From positions 3,490-67,489 of the forward strand of contig JAJYFN010000001.1 in NCBI GenBank assembly GCA_021790875.1: a stretch of DNA of 64,000 nt. Direction: 5' to 3'. A program made the translations under genes and the position numbers. Within the stretch, counting starts at the first letter, position 1. Every line of letters begins with the position of its first letter. The notes below the pieces were generated by a model that saw only the letters and a list, made by a program, of their open reading frames with translations, searched no databases and was not told where the DNA came from. Positions 38,202 through 48,138 of this stretch are shown here, in pieces. Origin of the DNA: a bacterium. GTDB lineage: Bacteria; Patescibacteriota; Saccharimonadia; Saccharimonadales; UBA4665.

Positions 38202-39083
38202 ATGCGCAAAACTAAAATCTGGTTGGGGGTAGGTCTAGCACTAGTAGCCATAGTGGTAGTTACAGCTGTTTATCTTTCTGGGGTTAATATCCCAGTGCTT
38301 GAACCGAAAGGCCCAATTGCGGATCAAGAGTTTAGATTGCTACTACTTATCACTGGGGCGATGTTAATTGTTGTTATTCCAGTCTTTATATTGCTTGGCT
38401 ATATTGTGTGGCACTACCGTGAGGGCAATCCAAAGCGTGGGAAATATATGCCCAATTGGGAGCATAGTCGCTGGCTAGAAGGTTTATGGTGGGTCATACC
38501 GACAATATTAATTGCGATTGTGTCAGTCATTACTTGGCGGGCAACGTATCAGCTGAATCCTTATCGGCCAATTGCTTCAAACTATCAGGCATTGAAGGTT
38601 CAAGTTATTGCACTGGATTGGAAGTGGCTATTCATCTATCCAAGCCTTAATATAGCCAGCGTTAATATGATGGAGTTCCCTCTTAAAGTCCCGCTCCATC
38701 TATATCTTACTAGCGATGCTCCAATGAACTCTTTTTGGTTGCCACAACTATCGGGTCAAATATTTGCCATGGCTGGTATGCAGACCCAGTTATACCTCTC
38801 GGCAGATCAAGTCGGGACTTACTACGGACGCTCCGCTAATATAAGTGGCGCTGGCTTTGCTTCGATGCAGTTTAGTGCAAAAAGCGTCAGTCAGGCTAGT
38901 TTTCAGGCTTGGGTTAAGAATGTAAGAAAATATGCACCTAAACTTGATCTTGCAACCTATAACCAACTGCGGGCACCGTTTAGTGATAAGGTGCATTACT
39001 ATTCACTAGCCTACCCATGTATATTTAACGAAGTAATTAATAGTTATATGGCGCCTGCTAATGCCATGATGGCAGGAAAATAA
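38202..39083 (+). CDS. cyoA: cytochrome o-type quinol oxidase subunit II
   Basis: FWLPQLSGQIFAMAGMQTQLYLSADQVGTYYGRSANISGAGFASMQF parallels E. coli CyoA and lacks CuA Cys/His ligands. Confidence 0.85.
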   Translation: MRKTKIWLGVGLALVAIVVVTAVYLSGVNIPVLEPKGPIADQEFRLLLLITGAMLIVVIPVFILLGYIVWHYREGNPKRGKYMPNWEHSRWLEGLWWVIPTILIAIVSVITWRATYQLNPYRPIASNYQALKVQVIALDWKWLFIYPSLNIASVNMMEFPLKVPLHLYLTSDAPMNSFWLPQLSGQIFAMAGMQTQLYLSADQVGTYYGRSANISGAGFASMQFSAKSVSQASFQAWVKNVRKYAPKLDLATYNQLRAPFSDKVHYYSLAYPCIFNEVINSYMAPANAMMAGK

Positions 39084-41075
39084 ATGAATCATTCATTTAT
39101 TTATTTCGGCGGTCTACTAGGTAAACTCTCCCTAAAGCAACTGCCTCATGATCCACTAACCATTATTGGCGCTGTGATGTTAATTATGGTGCCAATTACT
39201 GCTGCTATTGTTTTAACGCTTACTAAGCGTTGGAAGTGGCTTTACCGGGAATGGTTAACCACTCAAGATCATAAGAAAATTGGCATGATGTACATTATTG
39301 TGGCTATTTTAATGGGGCTTAGGGGTCTAGCTGATGTCGTCATGATACGCACTCAGCAAGCCGTTGCTAGCGGTCATGCGCATGGAATTCTATCCGCCTC
39401 GCACTTTCAGCAAATCGTTAGTGCGCACGGTACAATTATGATTTTCTTTGTCGCGATGGGCCTAATGTTTGGTCTCATAAATTTAATCGTACCCTTACAG
39501 ATTGGCTCACGTGATGTTGCCTTTCCGTTTTTGAATGCTACTGGCTTTTGGTTGTTTTTTGCCGGTATGGCCTTAGTTAATGTTTCACTCTTAATTGGCG
39601 ACTTCTCGGCTACTGGCTGGTTAGCATATCCACCCTTGTCCGAACTGAAGTACAGCCCGACGGTTGGTGTGGATTATTGGATTTGGAGTTTAGAAATTGC
39701 TGGGATCGGTAGTTTACTGGCTGGTATTAACTTTATCGTGACCATTTTAAAGAACCGGGTTCGGGGCATGAAGCTGATGCTAATGCCCCTGTTTAGCTGG
39801 AGTGTACTTGGATCAATGTTTCTTGTTGCCTTCGCTTTCCCAATACTAACTGTAACCCTAACGCTTCTAGCCCTGGATCGTAGTTTTGGTATGCACTTTT
39901 TTACGGCTGGCGGTGGTGGCAACATGATGATGTATGTGAATTTAATTTGGGCGTGGGGACACCCTGAGGTTTACATTTTAGTTCTGCCGGCCTTTGGAGT
40001 TTATTCAGAGATTGTCGCAACCTTCTCACGTAAACGTTTGTTTGGTTATAGCTCAATGGTTTACGCCATTTGGGCAATTGTTATCTTGTCGTTTATCGTC
40101 TGGTTGCATCACTTCTTTACAATGGGGGCAGCACCAGATGTTAATGCCTTCTTCGGCATTATGACGATGATTATTGCGGTACCGACTGGAGTTAAACTAT
40201 TTAACTGGCTGTTTACGATGTACCGGGGTAAGTTAAACCTTAAGACGCCGATGTTATGGTTTATTGCTTTTGTCGTAGTCTTTACGATTGGCGGTATGGC
40301 GGGAGTCTTAATGGCTGTACCACCGCTCGATTTTCAATTCCATAATTCCCTGTTCTTAGTAGCGCACTTCCATATGATGATCGTTTCCGGAGTCTTGTTT
40401 GGCTACTTTGCGGCGATTACTTACTGGTTTCCAAAATTCTTTAATTTTAAATTAAATGAACGTTTTGGTCGCTACGCCTTTTGGTCCTGGCTAATTGGTT
40501 TCTTGCTCGCTTTTGTACCGCTATATATTCTTGGTTTTATGGGTGCTACCCGCAGACTCGACCACTACAGCGCAAGTCTTGGTTGGCAGCCACTATTTAT
40601 TGTCGCTGGTATTGGCGTGGTCTTTATTATTGCTGGTGTATTATTCCAGTTCGCTCAACTAGCGGTTAGTATCTGGCAAAGGAATACCAATCGGTCCGGT
40701 AGCGATCCATGGGGTGGTCGAACTCTCGAGTGGTCCTTACCTTCACCGCCACCGATTTATAACTTTGCCCGCTTACCTCTTGTTAGCACTAGAGACGCCT
40801 TCTATGCTGCAAAGCGAGCTAAAGTTGTTTCTACTCAACCCTATGAAGCAATTGAAATTCCACGGAACACTCCGCTTGGACTAATCATTGCGTCTGGGGC
40901 TTTTTTGTTTGGCTTTGCCTTTGTCTGGCATATCTGGTGGCTAGTTATTGTCGGCTTAGTTATCTCAATTGTTGCCATTATTTATCGCTCACTTGATCCG
41001 CATCCGACTATTACTATTTCAGCATCTGAAGTTGAGCGCATTGAGCGTAGCTATAAGACGGAAGTGGCGGCCTAA
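39084..41075 (+). CDS. cyoB: heme-copper quinol oxidase subunit I
   Basis: WAWGHPEVYILVLPAFG and HHFFTMG...FLVAHFHMM histidine ligands. 663 aa. Confidence 0.95.
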   Translation: MNHSFIYFGGLLGKLSLKQLPHDPLTIIGAVMLIMVPITAAIVLTLTKRWKWLYREWLTTQDHKKIGMMYIIVAILMGLRGLADVVMIRTQQAVASGHAHGILSASHFQQIVSAHGTIMIFFVAMGLMFGLINLIVPLQIGSRDVAFPFLNATGFWLFFAGMALVNVSLLIGDFSATGWLAYPPLSELKYSPTVGVDYWIWSLEIAGIGSLLAGINFIVTILKNRVRGMKLMLMPLFSWSVLGSMFLVAFAFPILTVTLTLLALDRSFGMHFFTAGGGGNMMMYVNLIWAWGHPEVYILVLPAFGVYSEIVATFSRKRLFGYSSMVYAIWAIVILSFIVWLHHFFTMGAAPDVNAFFGIMTMIIAVPTGVKLFNWLFTMYRGKLNLKTPMLWFIAFVVVFTIGGMAGVLMAVPPLDFQFHNSLFLVAHFHMMIVSGVLFGYFAAITYWFPKFFNFKLNERFGRYAFWSWLIGFLLAFVPLYILGFMGATRRLDHYSASLGWQPLFIVAGIGVVFIIAGVLFQFAQLAVSIWQRNTNRSGSDPWGGRTLEWSLPSPPPIYNFARLPLVSTRDAFYAAKRAKVVSTQPYEAIEIPRNTPLGLIIASGAFLFGFAFVWHIWWLVIVGLVISIVAIIYRSLDPHPTITISASEVERIERSYKTEVAA

Positions 41076-41079
41076 GAAA

Positions 41080-41691
41080 ATGACAGATATGACGCTTACT
41101 AAGAGTAAACGACAGACTGAACAGCTTGAGCAAACTAATACGGCGGTACTTGGTTTTTGGCTCTACCTCATGACAGACTGTGTCTTATTTGCAAGCTTGT
41201 TTGCGACGTTTGTAGTACTCAGACACAATACTTTCGGTGGACCAAGCGGTGCGCAGTTATTTAGCCTGCCCTATGTACTGCTCGAAACGCTGGTGCTACT
41301 TAGTAGTAGCTTTACTAATGGGCTGGCTTTACTCAGTGCGCAGCGCAAACAGGTGCGTCCAACTCTAATCTGGCTTGGGGTAACCTTTATGCTTGGCGCA
41401 ACTTTCTTAGGGTTAGAGTTGAGTGAATTTCATAAGTTTGTTGCGATGGGTGACTCCTGGCGCCGCAGTGGCTTTTTATCTGCCTATTACACCCTAGTTG
41501 GTACACACGGTGCTCATATTTCGGTTGGGCTGATCTGGATGGTTGTTATGGCACTATATATTTATAAGCATGGTTTGGGACGATTAAGCTTAAAGAGACT
41601 TAGAATGCTTAGTTTGTTCTGGCACTTCTTAGATGTAGTCTGGATCTTTATCTTTACAATTGTTTATCTATTTGGAGCCCTACACGCATGA
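41080..41691 (+). CDS. cyoC: quinol oxidase subunit III
   Basis: The track ORF starts at 40969 inside cyoB. The in-frame ATG at 41080, 4 nt after the cyoB stop, gives a 203-aa protein with GFWLYLMTDCVLFASLF and HFLDVVWIF motifs. Confidence 0.9.
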   Translation: MTDMTLTKSKRQTEQLEQTNTAVLGFWLYLMTDCVLFASLFATFVVLRHNTFGGPSGAQLFSLPYVLLETLVLLSSSFTNGLALLSAQRKQVRPTLIWLGVTFMLGATFLGLELSEFHKFVAMGDSWRRSGFLSAYYTLVGTHGAHISVGLIWMVVMALYIYKHGLGRLSLKRLRMLSLFWHFLDVVWIFIFTIVYLFGALHA

Positions 41692-42101
41692 ACCCTAAAT
41701 ACCACCTTAGTAGCGCTAGTTCGCAAGAGGCCGATATGTTGCACTCGCCTCAAGCTCAGCATTTAACCTCGCTGAAGCACTACGTCATTGGCTTTATAGG
41801 CTCCTTAATCCTAACGCTCAGTGCTTACTTTTTAAGCGTTAACTATGTCGGTAATCACAATTTACTTTTAATTGGTTTAGCTATCCTGGCCTTTGCGCAA
41901 TTTATCTTGCAATTGTTCTACTTCTTGCACGTTGGGCACGAATTCCCACCACGCTTGAAACTAATGCTCACTTGCTTCATGATTTTAGTAGTTACCATCT
42001 TAGTCGGGGGATCGCTTTGGATTATGTTTAGTTTAAATAACCGCGTCATGCCTTCAACGCAACAAATGGTTAAATATATGAACTCACAGAATAGTCTATA
42101 G
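41688..42101 (+). CDS. cyoD: quinol oxidase subunit IV
   Basis: Small 3-TM protein; YVIGFIGSLILT is typical of CyoD. Overlaps the cyoC stop. Confidence 0.8.
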   Translation: MNPKYHLSSASSQEADMLHSPQAQHLTSLKHYVIGFIGSLILTLSAYFLSVNYVGNHNLLLIGLAILAFAQFILQLFYFLHVGHEFPPRLKLMLTCFMILVVTILVGGSLWIMFSLNNRVMPSTQQMVKYMNSQNSL

Positions 42102-42103
42102 GA

Positions 42104-42955
42104 ATGGATAGTCTTAAAAAGTATTACCGTTTAGCTAAACCAGGTATGGTTTACGGCAATTTATTAACTGCCGGGGCTGGTTATTTCCTAGCGTCCAGAC
42201 TGCATCTTAGATTAGCTTCATTTCTAGCCATGGTAGTTGGCGTGGCACTGCTTATGGGCGCGGCCTGTGCTTTTAATAACGTAATTGATCGCGACATTGA
42301 TATTTTAATGCAGCGCACTAAGTCTCGTCCTTCAGCCGTTGGTACCATTAGTTTTAGATCAGGAATGACATTTGTTTTTGTTCTTGTTCTTACTGCTTCA
42401 CTACTGCTTCTTCTTGGCGTCAATTTTTTAACATTTGTGATTGGGGCTGTTGGCTTCATTGATTACGCGCTAGTCTATACATTTTTAAAACGTAAGACAC
42501 GTTACTCGACTTTAATTGGTAGTATTGCGGGGGCAACGCCTATTATTGGTGGCTATACGGCTTATGCCGGGCATATTACTTTTAGTGCTCTAATTGCTGG
42601 GCTAATGATGTTGTTCTGGCAGATGCCTCATTTCTATGCCCTTGCGCTCTACCGTGAGAAGGACTACAAAAAAGCACGCATTCCCTTACTACCAATTGTT
42701 AAAGGTCACCGCTCTACCCTGCGTGAGATGATTTTCTATAACGTACTCTTTTCTATCGCAGTCTTTGGGCTTTACTTTAATGCCAAGCTCGGTTGGGCTT
42801 ACTTGTTAATTTTAGGTGGTGCTTCGCTTGCCTGGCTGGGGTATAACCTCAAAGGTACGCTTAAGTCAGTTGATTTAACGAGTTGGGCGAAACAGAGCTT
42901 TCTCTATTCGCTCGCATTAGTTGTTCTAATGTCTTTAATGGTTGCCCTGCGCTAG
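42104..42955 (+). CDS. cyoE: protoheme IX farnesyltransferase (heme O synthase)
   Basis: UbiA-fold NNVIDRDID motif; follows cyoD. Confidence 0.9.
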   Translation: MDSLKKYYRLAKPGMVYGNLLTAGAGYFLASRLHLRLASFLAMVVGVALLMGAACAFNNVIDRDIDILMQRTKSRPSAVGTISFRSGMTFVFVLVLTASLLLLLGVNFLTFVIGAVGFIDYALVYTFLKRKTRYSTLIGSIAGATPIIGGYTAYAGHITFSALIAGLMMLFWQMPHFYALALYREKDYKKARIPLLPIVKGHRSTLREMIFYNVLFSIAVFGLYFNAKLGWAYLLILGGASLAWLGYNLKGTLKSVDLTSWAKQSFLYSLALVVLMSLMVALR

Positions 42956-43953
42956 GGAAAGTCGACTCTTACAATCGTGCCTTGTTTTGGTGTGCTAGTA
43001 ATAATGATGTTTGCTTTATGAATGTCCGTAATAAGTTTGGCGATGGAGAGTCCAAGACCAAAGCCGCCGTCCTTGCTGCGTGCAGCATCGGCGCGGTAAA
43101 AACGATCAAAGATGTGCTCTAAGTGCTCAGGCTTAATGCCAATCCCTTTGTCTTTAATGCTGAGCGAAGTGACGTTATTGCTGGATTTTTCAATGCTGAG
43201 CGTGACGGGTGTTTGCTTGGGGCTATATTTTACGGCGTTGTCTAAGAAGATAACTATTAGCTGAACGAGACTATCGCGGTCGCCTTTAATAAAGACATTC
43301 GTGTTTTTAGCCTGCTCAAGCTTAATTTTAATATTTTTTGCTGCAGCTTGGGGCTTTAATTGGTCAATTGCTTCTTTAGCTAGCTGCCTGAGGTCTAATT
43401 GGGTAAATTGGCGCTGGACTTCCCCAGCTTCTAATAGTGAGAGCTTCATTAAGTTATTAATTAGGTTTTCTAACTTAGCTGCTTCTTCAATGTTGCTGTT
43501 AATAACCCGTTTAAGTTCCTTAGGGGTTGCTTGGTCGTCCATTAAGGCGACTTCTGACTCCATGCGTAAAGCCGTTAGTGGTGTGCGTAACTCATGGCTG
43601 ACATCCGCCACGAAGCGTTTTTGTTGTTCGTGAGTTTCCTCAATTGGTTTAAGTGATTCCCGAGCTAAGACATAACTAATTAGTCCGCCGGCCACTAGTA
43701 CTACAAGGTTAGTTAAGATTAGCTGGTCTAGTAGGTGGGTCCTTCCGGCAATCAGTGAGCGTGGATCAGGCTGAGCGTATGGAGTGCCATTAAAAATTGG
43801 GAAAGCAATTGATAATTCCTGCGACTCACGGCTAAGACCAAAAACCAAATTGTTAGAACCTACCCGGTAAACGACGGTTGAAAACAAGAGACTAATTACC
43901 ATTAAGACACCGAGGTAGGACAGGGTTAACTTAAAGGTGGCGCTCTTAAACAT
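42952..43953 (-). CDS. sensor histidine kinase (HisKA + HATPase_c)
   Basis: H-box FVADVSHELRTPLTAL, N-box LDNAVKYS and G-boxes DKGIGI / GGFGLGLSI. Two TM segments. Confidence 0.9.
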   Translation of the reverse strand: MFKSATFKLTLSYLGVLMVISLLFSTVVYRVGSNNLVFGLSRESQELSIAFPIFNGTPYAQPDPRSLIAGRTHLLDQLILTNLVVLVAGGLISYVLARESLKPIEETHEQQKRFVADVSHELRTPLTALRMESEVALMDDQATPKELKRVINSNIEEAAKLENLINNLMKLSLLEAGEVQRQFTQLDLRQLAKEAIDQLKPQAAAKNIKIKLEQAKNTNVFIKGDRDSLVQLIVIFLDNAVKYSPKQTPVTLSIEKSSNNVTSLSIKDKGIGIKPEHLEHIFDRFYRADAARSKDGGFGLGLSIAKLITDIHKANIIITSTPKQGTIVRVDFP

Positions 43954-43955
43954 TA

Positions 43956-44633
43956 CTAGTGACTTAGTTTATAGCCAAAACCACGCACCGTATTAATTAA
44001 CTGCGGTCTTTCTGGGAAAATGCGGTCAATCTTAGCTCTTAAGTAGCCAATATATACTTCTACAGTGTTTGGCATCACTACTGTATCTTCGTTCCAGACA
44101 TGATTAATAATCATATCTTTAGTTAAGATTTGCTCGGCGTGGCGCATGAAGTACTCAAGCAGCGCGAACTCTTTATTGGATAGCTTAATCGATTTGCTAG
44201 CGCGCGCTACTTCATACTTAGCTGGATCGAGCGTTAAATCGTCATATTTTAATACGGGTGAATTGACGACTGGCGGACGACGCATTAAAGCTTGCATCCT
44301 GGCAACTAGCTCAGAAAAGGAGAACGGTTTAACTAAGTAGTCATCAACTCCAGCATTTAAGCCTTCAACCTTATCGGCAATGCTACCCCGGGCAGTCAGG
44401 ATGAGGATAGGTGCTTTTTGACCTTCGGCTCTGGCCTGACGGGCGATATCTAGACCATCTTTACTGCCAGGAAGCATCCGGTCTAGGATAATAATGTCGT
44501 AATCTGGATCAACAGCATAGCTTAGTCCGGTATCACTATCTGCTACCGTATCGACGGCGTAGCCTTTAAGTTCCAGTCCGCGCTTAACGGCATTGGCGAT
44601 TTTTTCTTCATCTTCGACTAATAAAACGCGCAT
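43956..44633 (-). CDS. OmpR-family response regulator
   Basis: MRVLLVEDE, IILDRMLPG and KPF receiver motifs, with a C-terminal winged helix (VRGFGYKL). Confidence 0.92.
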   Translation of the reverse strand: MRVLLVEDEEKIANAVKRGLELKGYAVDTVADSDTGLSYAVDPDYDIIILDRMLPGSKDGLDIARQARAEGQKAPILILTARGSIADKVEGLNAGVDDYLVKPFSFSELVARMQALMRRPPVVNSPVLKYDDLTLDPAKYEVARASKSIKLSNKEFALLEYFMRHAEQILTKDMIINHVWNEDTVVMPNTVEVYIGYLRAKIDRIFPERPQLINTVRGFGYKLSH

Positions 44634-44712
44634 AAATTCTTTCGTTTTTGAACTAGATTAAATAAATTATCTCATCAACTCTCTCTGATAAGTATATGCC
44701 AATGCTTGAAAA

Positions 44713-45636
44713 TTAGCTGTATGAGTTGTCTGATTTAGTTTCTGACTGGGTAGCTCCGCTAAAGCGATCCTTAGCGTGCGTCACTAGCATGATTACAAAT
44801 AAGCCAACAATAAAGATTAAAAAGACGCCACGGTCAATAACGTTAGCAGCCAAGATTTGGGCGTTACTAAAGCCATGCAAGCGGTGTGCAATCGCTAAGA
44901 AAGCTTCTCGAAAACCAATTGCTCCTGGTGTTAAGGCTACGAAGAGAGAAAAGTTAGCTGCACCGGTATAGCTAATTGCTCGAAGCGGATTAATGCTACC
45001 GCTGACTTCTCTAAGTTCAATAAAGTAAATGATTGCCTGCAGCGCTATCTGGGCGAGGGTGAATAAAATTAAGCGGATGATCTTCTCACGACTTAGGTCG
45101 AGCTTAATTAGTTTACGTTGACGTGCGAAGTGTTTACCAGCCAGACGCAGTACCAGGTAAGAAACGATTACGACTGTTGCGACTCCGGGCAGAATAAGTA
45201 GGATATAGTGTCCGGTTGCGAACAAGATAATGCTACTTAGAACGGCATAGATTGCGAAGTAGATGAGTGTAGACATAATATAGCTCGATACTGCTACATG
45301 ATGTTTGCGTTTAACGTAAGCAGCGCGCACGCCAATACCACTCTGTAGGGGCATAAAGAAATTAGTTAGGGTTGAGTAAATGGAGAGTAATAAGTTTTCT
45401 TTAGGTTTTAGTGGTTTCGCGCTGAGTGAGAGAATAGCGTTATAGATGCCCATTAAGATTAATAGCATGATGCCGTAACCAAATAGGAGCAAAAGTATCA
45501 GCCAGGGATTGAGATGCTTAAGCTCGTTTAGAACGGCCGTATTTTCATGAATGTAGTTTGCAAACAAGCCAAGGATTAAGGCAAGGACTGCATAAATAAC
45601 AATTGTTTTTACCTGTTTGCTAAAACGCATACTCAA
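44713..45636 (-). CDS. UPF0104 / lysyl-phosphatidylglycerol-synthase-TM-region-like (flippase-like) membrane protein
   Basis: Eight-TM pattern with PLQSGIGVRAAY and TPGAIGFREA motifs. Confidence 0.6.
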   Translation of the reverse strand: MSMRFSKQVKTIVIYAVLALILGLFANYIHENTAVLNELKHLNPWLILLLLFGYGIMLLILMGIYNAILSLSAKPLKPKENLLLSIYSTLTNFFMPLQSGIGVRAAYVKRKHHVAVSSYIMSTLIYFAIYAVLSSIILFATGHYILLILPGVATVVIVSYLVLRLAGKHFARQRKLIKLDLSREKIIRLILFTLAQIALQAIIYFIELREVSGSINPLRAISYTGAANFSLFVALTPGAIGFREAFLAIAHRLHGFSNAQILAANVIDRGVFLIFIVGLFVIMLVTHAKDRFSGATQSETKSDNSYS

Positions 45637-45742
45637 CTACTATACCTTAGATAGTTTAGCTAAGCCTTAGAGTTATCTGTTGCCGTGCGCTTAAGGTGCT
45701 GTAGCTATCGCAATAGTGGCAGTGTACACTTAAATTAGGCCT

Positions 45743-46438
45743 ATGGTTGATGCGTACGCAAAGACAATGGCGAACTTTGTTAACAAGTTCCCAACAAGAA
45801 CCTTTCTCAAGGGCGAAATTATTATATTTCAGGGTGAGGCTCCAAGAGCGGCGTTTATTATTAAAAGTGGCATCGTTAAGGCTTACAACTTAAGCATTCA
45901 CGGTGACGAGAAGCCGATTGGCTTTTATAGCGATGGCGAAAGTTTTCCAGGCAGTTGGATCTACGATAAAGTACCAAGTTCGGTTTACTACTATGAGACT
46001 TATTCGAATGAATGCACTCTCTATCTCGTGCCGCGTGAAGAATTTGTTGCTTTTGTGCGTACCCACCCCTTCATGATGCTAGCTGAGCTAGACCATTACA
46101 TAGATAGCTCACTTAGTTTGTCGATGCAGTTAAATGCCCTGCAACACTCAAAAGCAAGTGAAAAGTTAATGTATACCCTGCACTACCTCGCTCTCACTAG
46201 AGGGCGAACTATTCAGCCTCGGCAGCGCGAAATTACGCTGCAACTTACTCATCAGGATTTTGCTAATTTAACTGGCCTGACGCGCGAAACAGCTGCCACT
46301 GAACTTAATAAGTTGAAGCGCTTAGGGGTCATTAATTACGGTAAGAATATACCCTACATCGTAGATCTGCAGAAGTTACACGCCATCTTAAATGACCAAT
46401 ATATTGCGGAGTTAGAAAATAGCTCCTCGAATCGTTAA
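45743..46438 (+). CDS. Crp/Fnr-family transcription regulator
   Basis: cNMP-binding beta-barrel (GEIIIFQGEAPRAAFIIKSGIVKAY) and HTH (LTHQDFANLTGLTRETAATELNKL). No N-terminal Cys cluster is present, so it is not an Fe-S FNR. Confidence 0.85.
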   Translation: MVDAYAKTMANFVNKFPTRTFLKGEIIIFQGEAPRAAFIIKSGIVKAYNLSIHGDEKPIGFYSDGESFPGSWIYDKVPSSVYYYETYSNECTLYLVPREEFVAFVRTHPFMMLAELDHYIDSSLSLSMQLNALQHSKASEKLMYTLHYLALTRGRTIQPRQREITLQLTHQDFANLTGLTRETAATELNKLKRLGVINYGKNIPYIVDLQKLHAILNDQYIAELENSSSNR

Positions 46439-46824
46439 AGGCTGGCAGCTACTCGGGTTTTTTCTTTAAGGGTTTCGTTTATAACCTTGTTTAAGTTCTG
46501 AGGGGCCGTCCAGGATTTGATGATGCAGCGAGTGGCGCCCAGTTTATAGGCCTTATTAACTTCGGGTGAGTTCTCCATGTTAGTAAAGATGAGTACCTTT
46601 ACTTTTGGATGACGTTCAAGCTCGTAGTGCTCAAGGAGCTCAATGCCACCCATGATCGGCATTAGTAAATCAAGCAGGATTAAATCTGGTTTGTAGTCTT
46701 TTAAGATTTCTAAGGCTTCAACGCCGTTAAAAGCAGTTTTAACATGATGTTTAGCGCTCTCTAAGATAATCTTATAGGCTGCGTTTAAGTCTTTATCGTC
46801 CTCAACTATTAGTATGTTTGCCAT
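46435..46824 (-). CDS. single-domain (CheY-like) response regulator
   Basis: ILIVEDD, LILLDLLMP and a conserved K in IIKSW. Confidence 0.9.
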   Translation of the reverse strand: MANILIVEDDKDLNAAYKIILESAKHHVKTAFNGVEALEILKDYKPDLILLDLLMPIMGGIELLEHYELERHPKVKVLIFTNMENSPEVNKAYKLGATRCIIKSWTAPQNLNKVINETLKEKTRVAASL

Positions 46825-46872
46825 TTGTTTACTAATTCATCCCTTCATACCAAATTATGCCATAAGCCTGAC

Positions 46873-48138
46873 TCATTTGGCTGTCACATTCTTAACTTTA
46901 GGTTTAGCTTTCGTTTTCAGCGCACTGCTTAATTCAACTGTTAAGGGCAGAGACAGATAAAAAGTGGTGCCTTTATCTTCTTCGCTTTCAAACCAAACTT
47001 CGCCGTCCAACTCATTAATTAAACCCTTAACTAGATAGAGACCTAAGCCCGTGCCGGAAGTTTCCTGACGAATTACATTCTCAGCCCGGAAAAACTTACT
47101 AAAGACATTAGAGCGCGACTCAGAAGGTATGCCAACACCAGTATCCTCAACAATAATAATTAATTGATTGGCTTTTACTTCGGAGCTGAGCTTTACTGTA
47201 CCCCCTTCGGGGGTGTACTTAATTGCGTTAGATACTAAGTTGCCAATTATTTCTTTTAAGATCACTTCGTCTGAAATTAACTTAACGTGCGCTGGTGGGT
47301 AGTTAACAATTAAATTTATCGATTTTTCGCTAGAGGAAAGCTGATGTTCTTCAATCACGGCGTCAAATAATTTAGGCAGTGCTAGAACTTTGCGCTCTGA
47401 GATCACGCTGCCGTTTTCGATCCGCGAGATATTAAGCAGAGTCGATACAGTGTCGTTCATGCGGTTTGCAGCCGCTACAATCGTCTTGAGCGACTTAGTT
47501 TGAGCTTTAGTCATCTTGCCCATATAACCATCAAGTAACATGTGGGCGTAGGTTTTAATTGCCGAGAGGGGTGTTCTTAACTGGTGCGACGCCAAAGAGA
47601 TAAAATCGCTCTTCATTTTGTCGATTTCGTACTCCGCACCAATGTCCCTAAAGATCTGAATACAGCCCGCCGTGACGTCTTTAACCATAATTGGCGAGAT
47701 GGTAATTGCTAGACGGACAAGACTGCCATTTTTGTGGCGGTAGATGACATGCTCGGAGAGTATTTGGCCAGACACAAAAGCGCGCGTGATGGGCCGATCA
47801 ATGAGCGGAATTTGGATTCCGTTTTCATCAAAGGACGTAAATAGTTCTGGGAACCAACGCCCAATCACCTCTTCGGCAGGATAACCAAGTAGCTTAACAG
47901 CAACTGGATTAATGCGCGTTACATTGCCGTGTTCATCTGTCGTAATGGCACCGTCACCGATGCTATCAATAAGGACATCAGTTATTATCTGTTGGCTTAC
48001 AAGTTCGTGCGCGTCATTCCCTTTCATCAAGACCATTATACGATTGAGCGATTTGACCTCTGTGCATAAATTCTTACTGTCTGTCATAATGCTAGTGGTT
48101 TGATAACACAATGGCTGACTTAAATCATCACTTAACAA
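46873..48138 (-). CDS. PAS-domain sensor histidine kinase
   Basis: PAS block (GAITTDEHGNVTRINPVAVKLLGY), H-box LASHQLRTPLSAI, N-box SNAIKYT and G-box DTGVGIP. The start is probably M18 (nt 48087), which removes the overlap with the divergent gene. Confidence 0.9.
   Translation of the reverse strand: MLSDDLSQPLCYQTTSIMTDSKNLCTEVKSLNRIMVLMKGNDAHELVSQQIITDVLIDSIGDGAITTDEHGNVTRINPVAVKLLGYPAEEVIGRWFPELFTSFDENGIQIPLIDRPITRAFVSGQILSEHVIYRHKNGSLVRLAITISPIMVKDVTAGCIQIFRDIGAEYEIDKMKSDFISLASHQLRTPLSAIKTYAHMLLDGYMGKMTKAQTKSLKTIVAAANRMNDTVSTLLNISRIENGSVISERKVLALPKLFDAVIEEHQLSSSEKSINLIVNYPPAHVKLISDEVILKEIIGNLVSNAIKYTPEGGTVKLSSEVKANQLIIIVEDTGVGIPSESRSNVFSKFFRAENVIRQETSGTGLGLYLVKGLINELDGEVWFESEEDKGTTFYLSLPLTVELSSALKTKAKPKVKNVTAK

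Noticed and set aside
40969-41079. Upstream extension of cyoC overlapping the end of cyoB by 107 nt
   Set aside because: The in-frame ATG at 41080, 4 nt after the cyoB stop, gives a normal-length subunit III. The extension has no homology-like features.
48111-48138. 28-nt head-to-head overlap of the PAS kinase and the UPF0104 gene
   Set aside because: Most likely a start-codon artefact. M18 of the kinase (nt 48087) removes the overlap.
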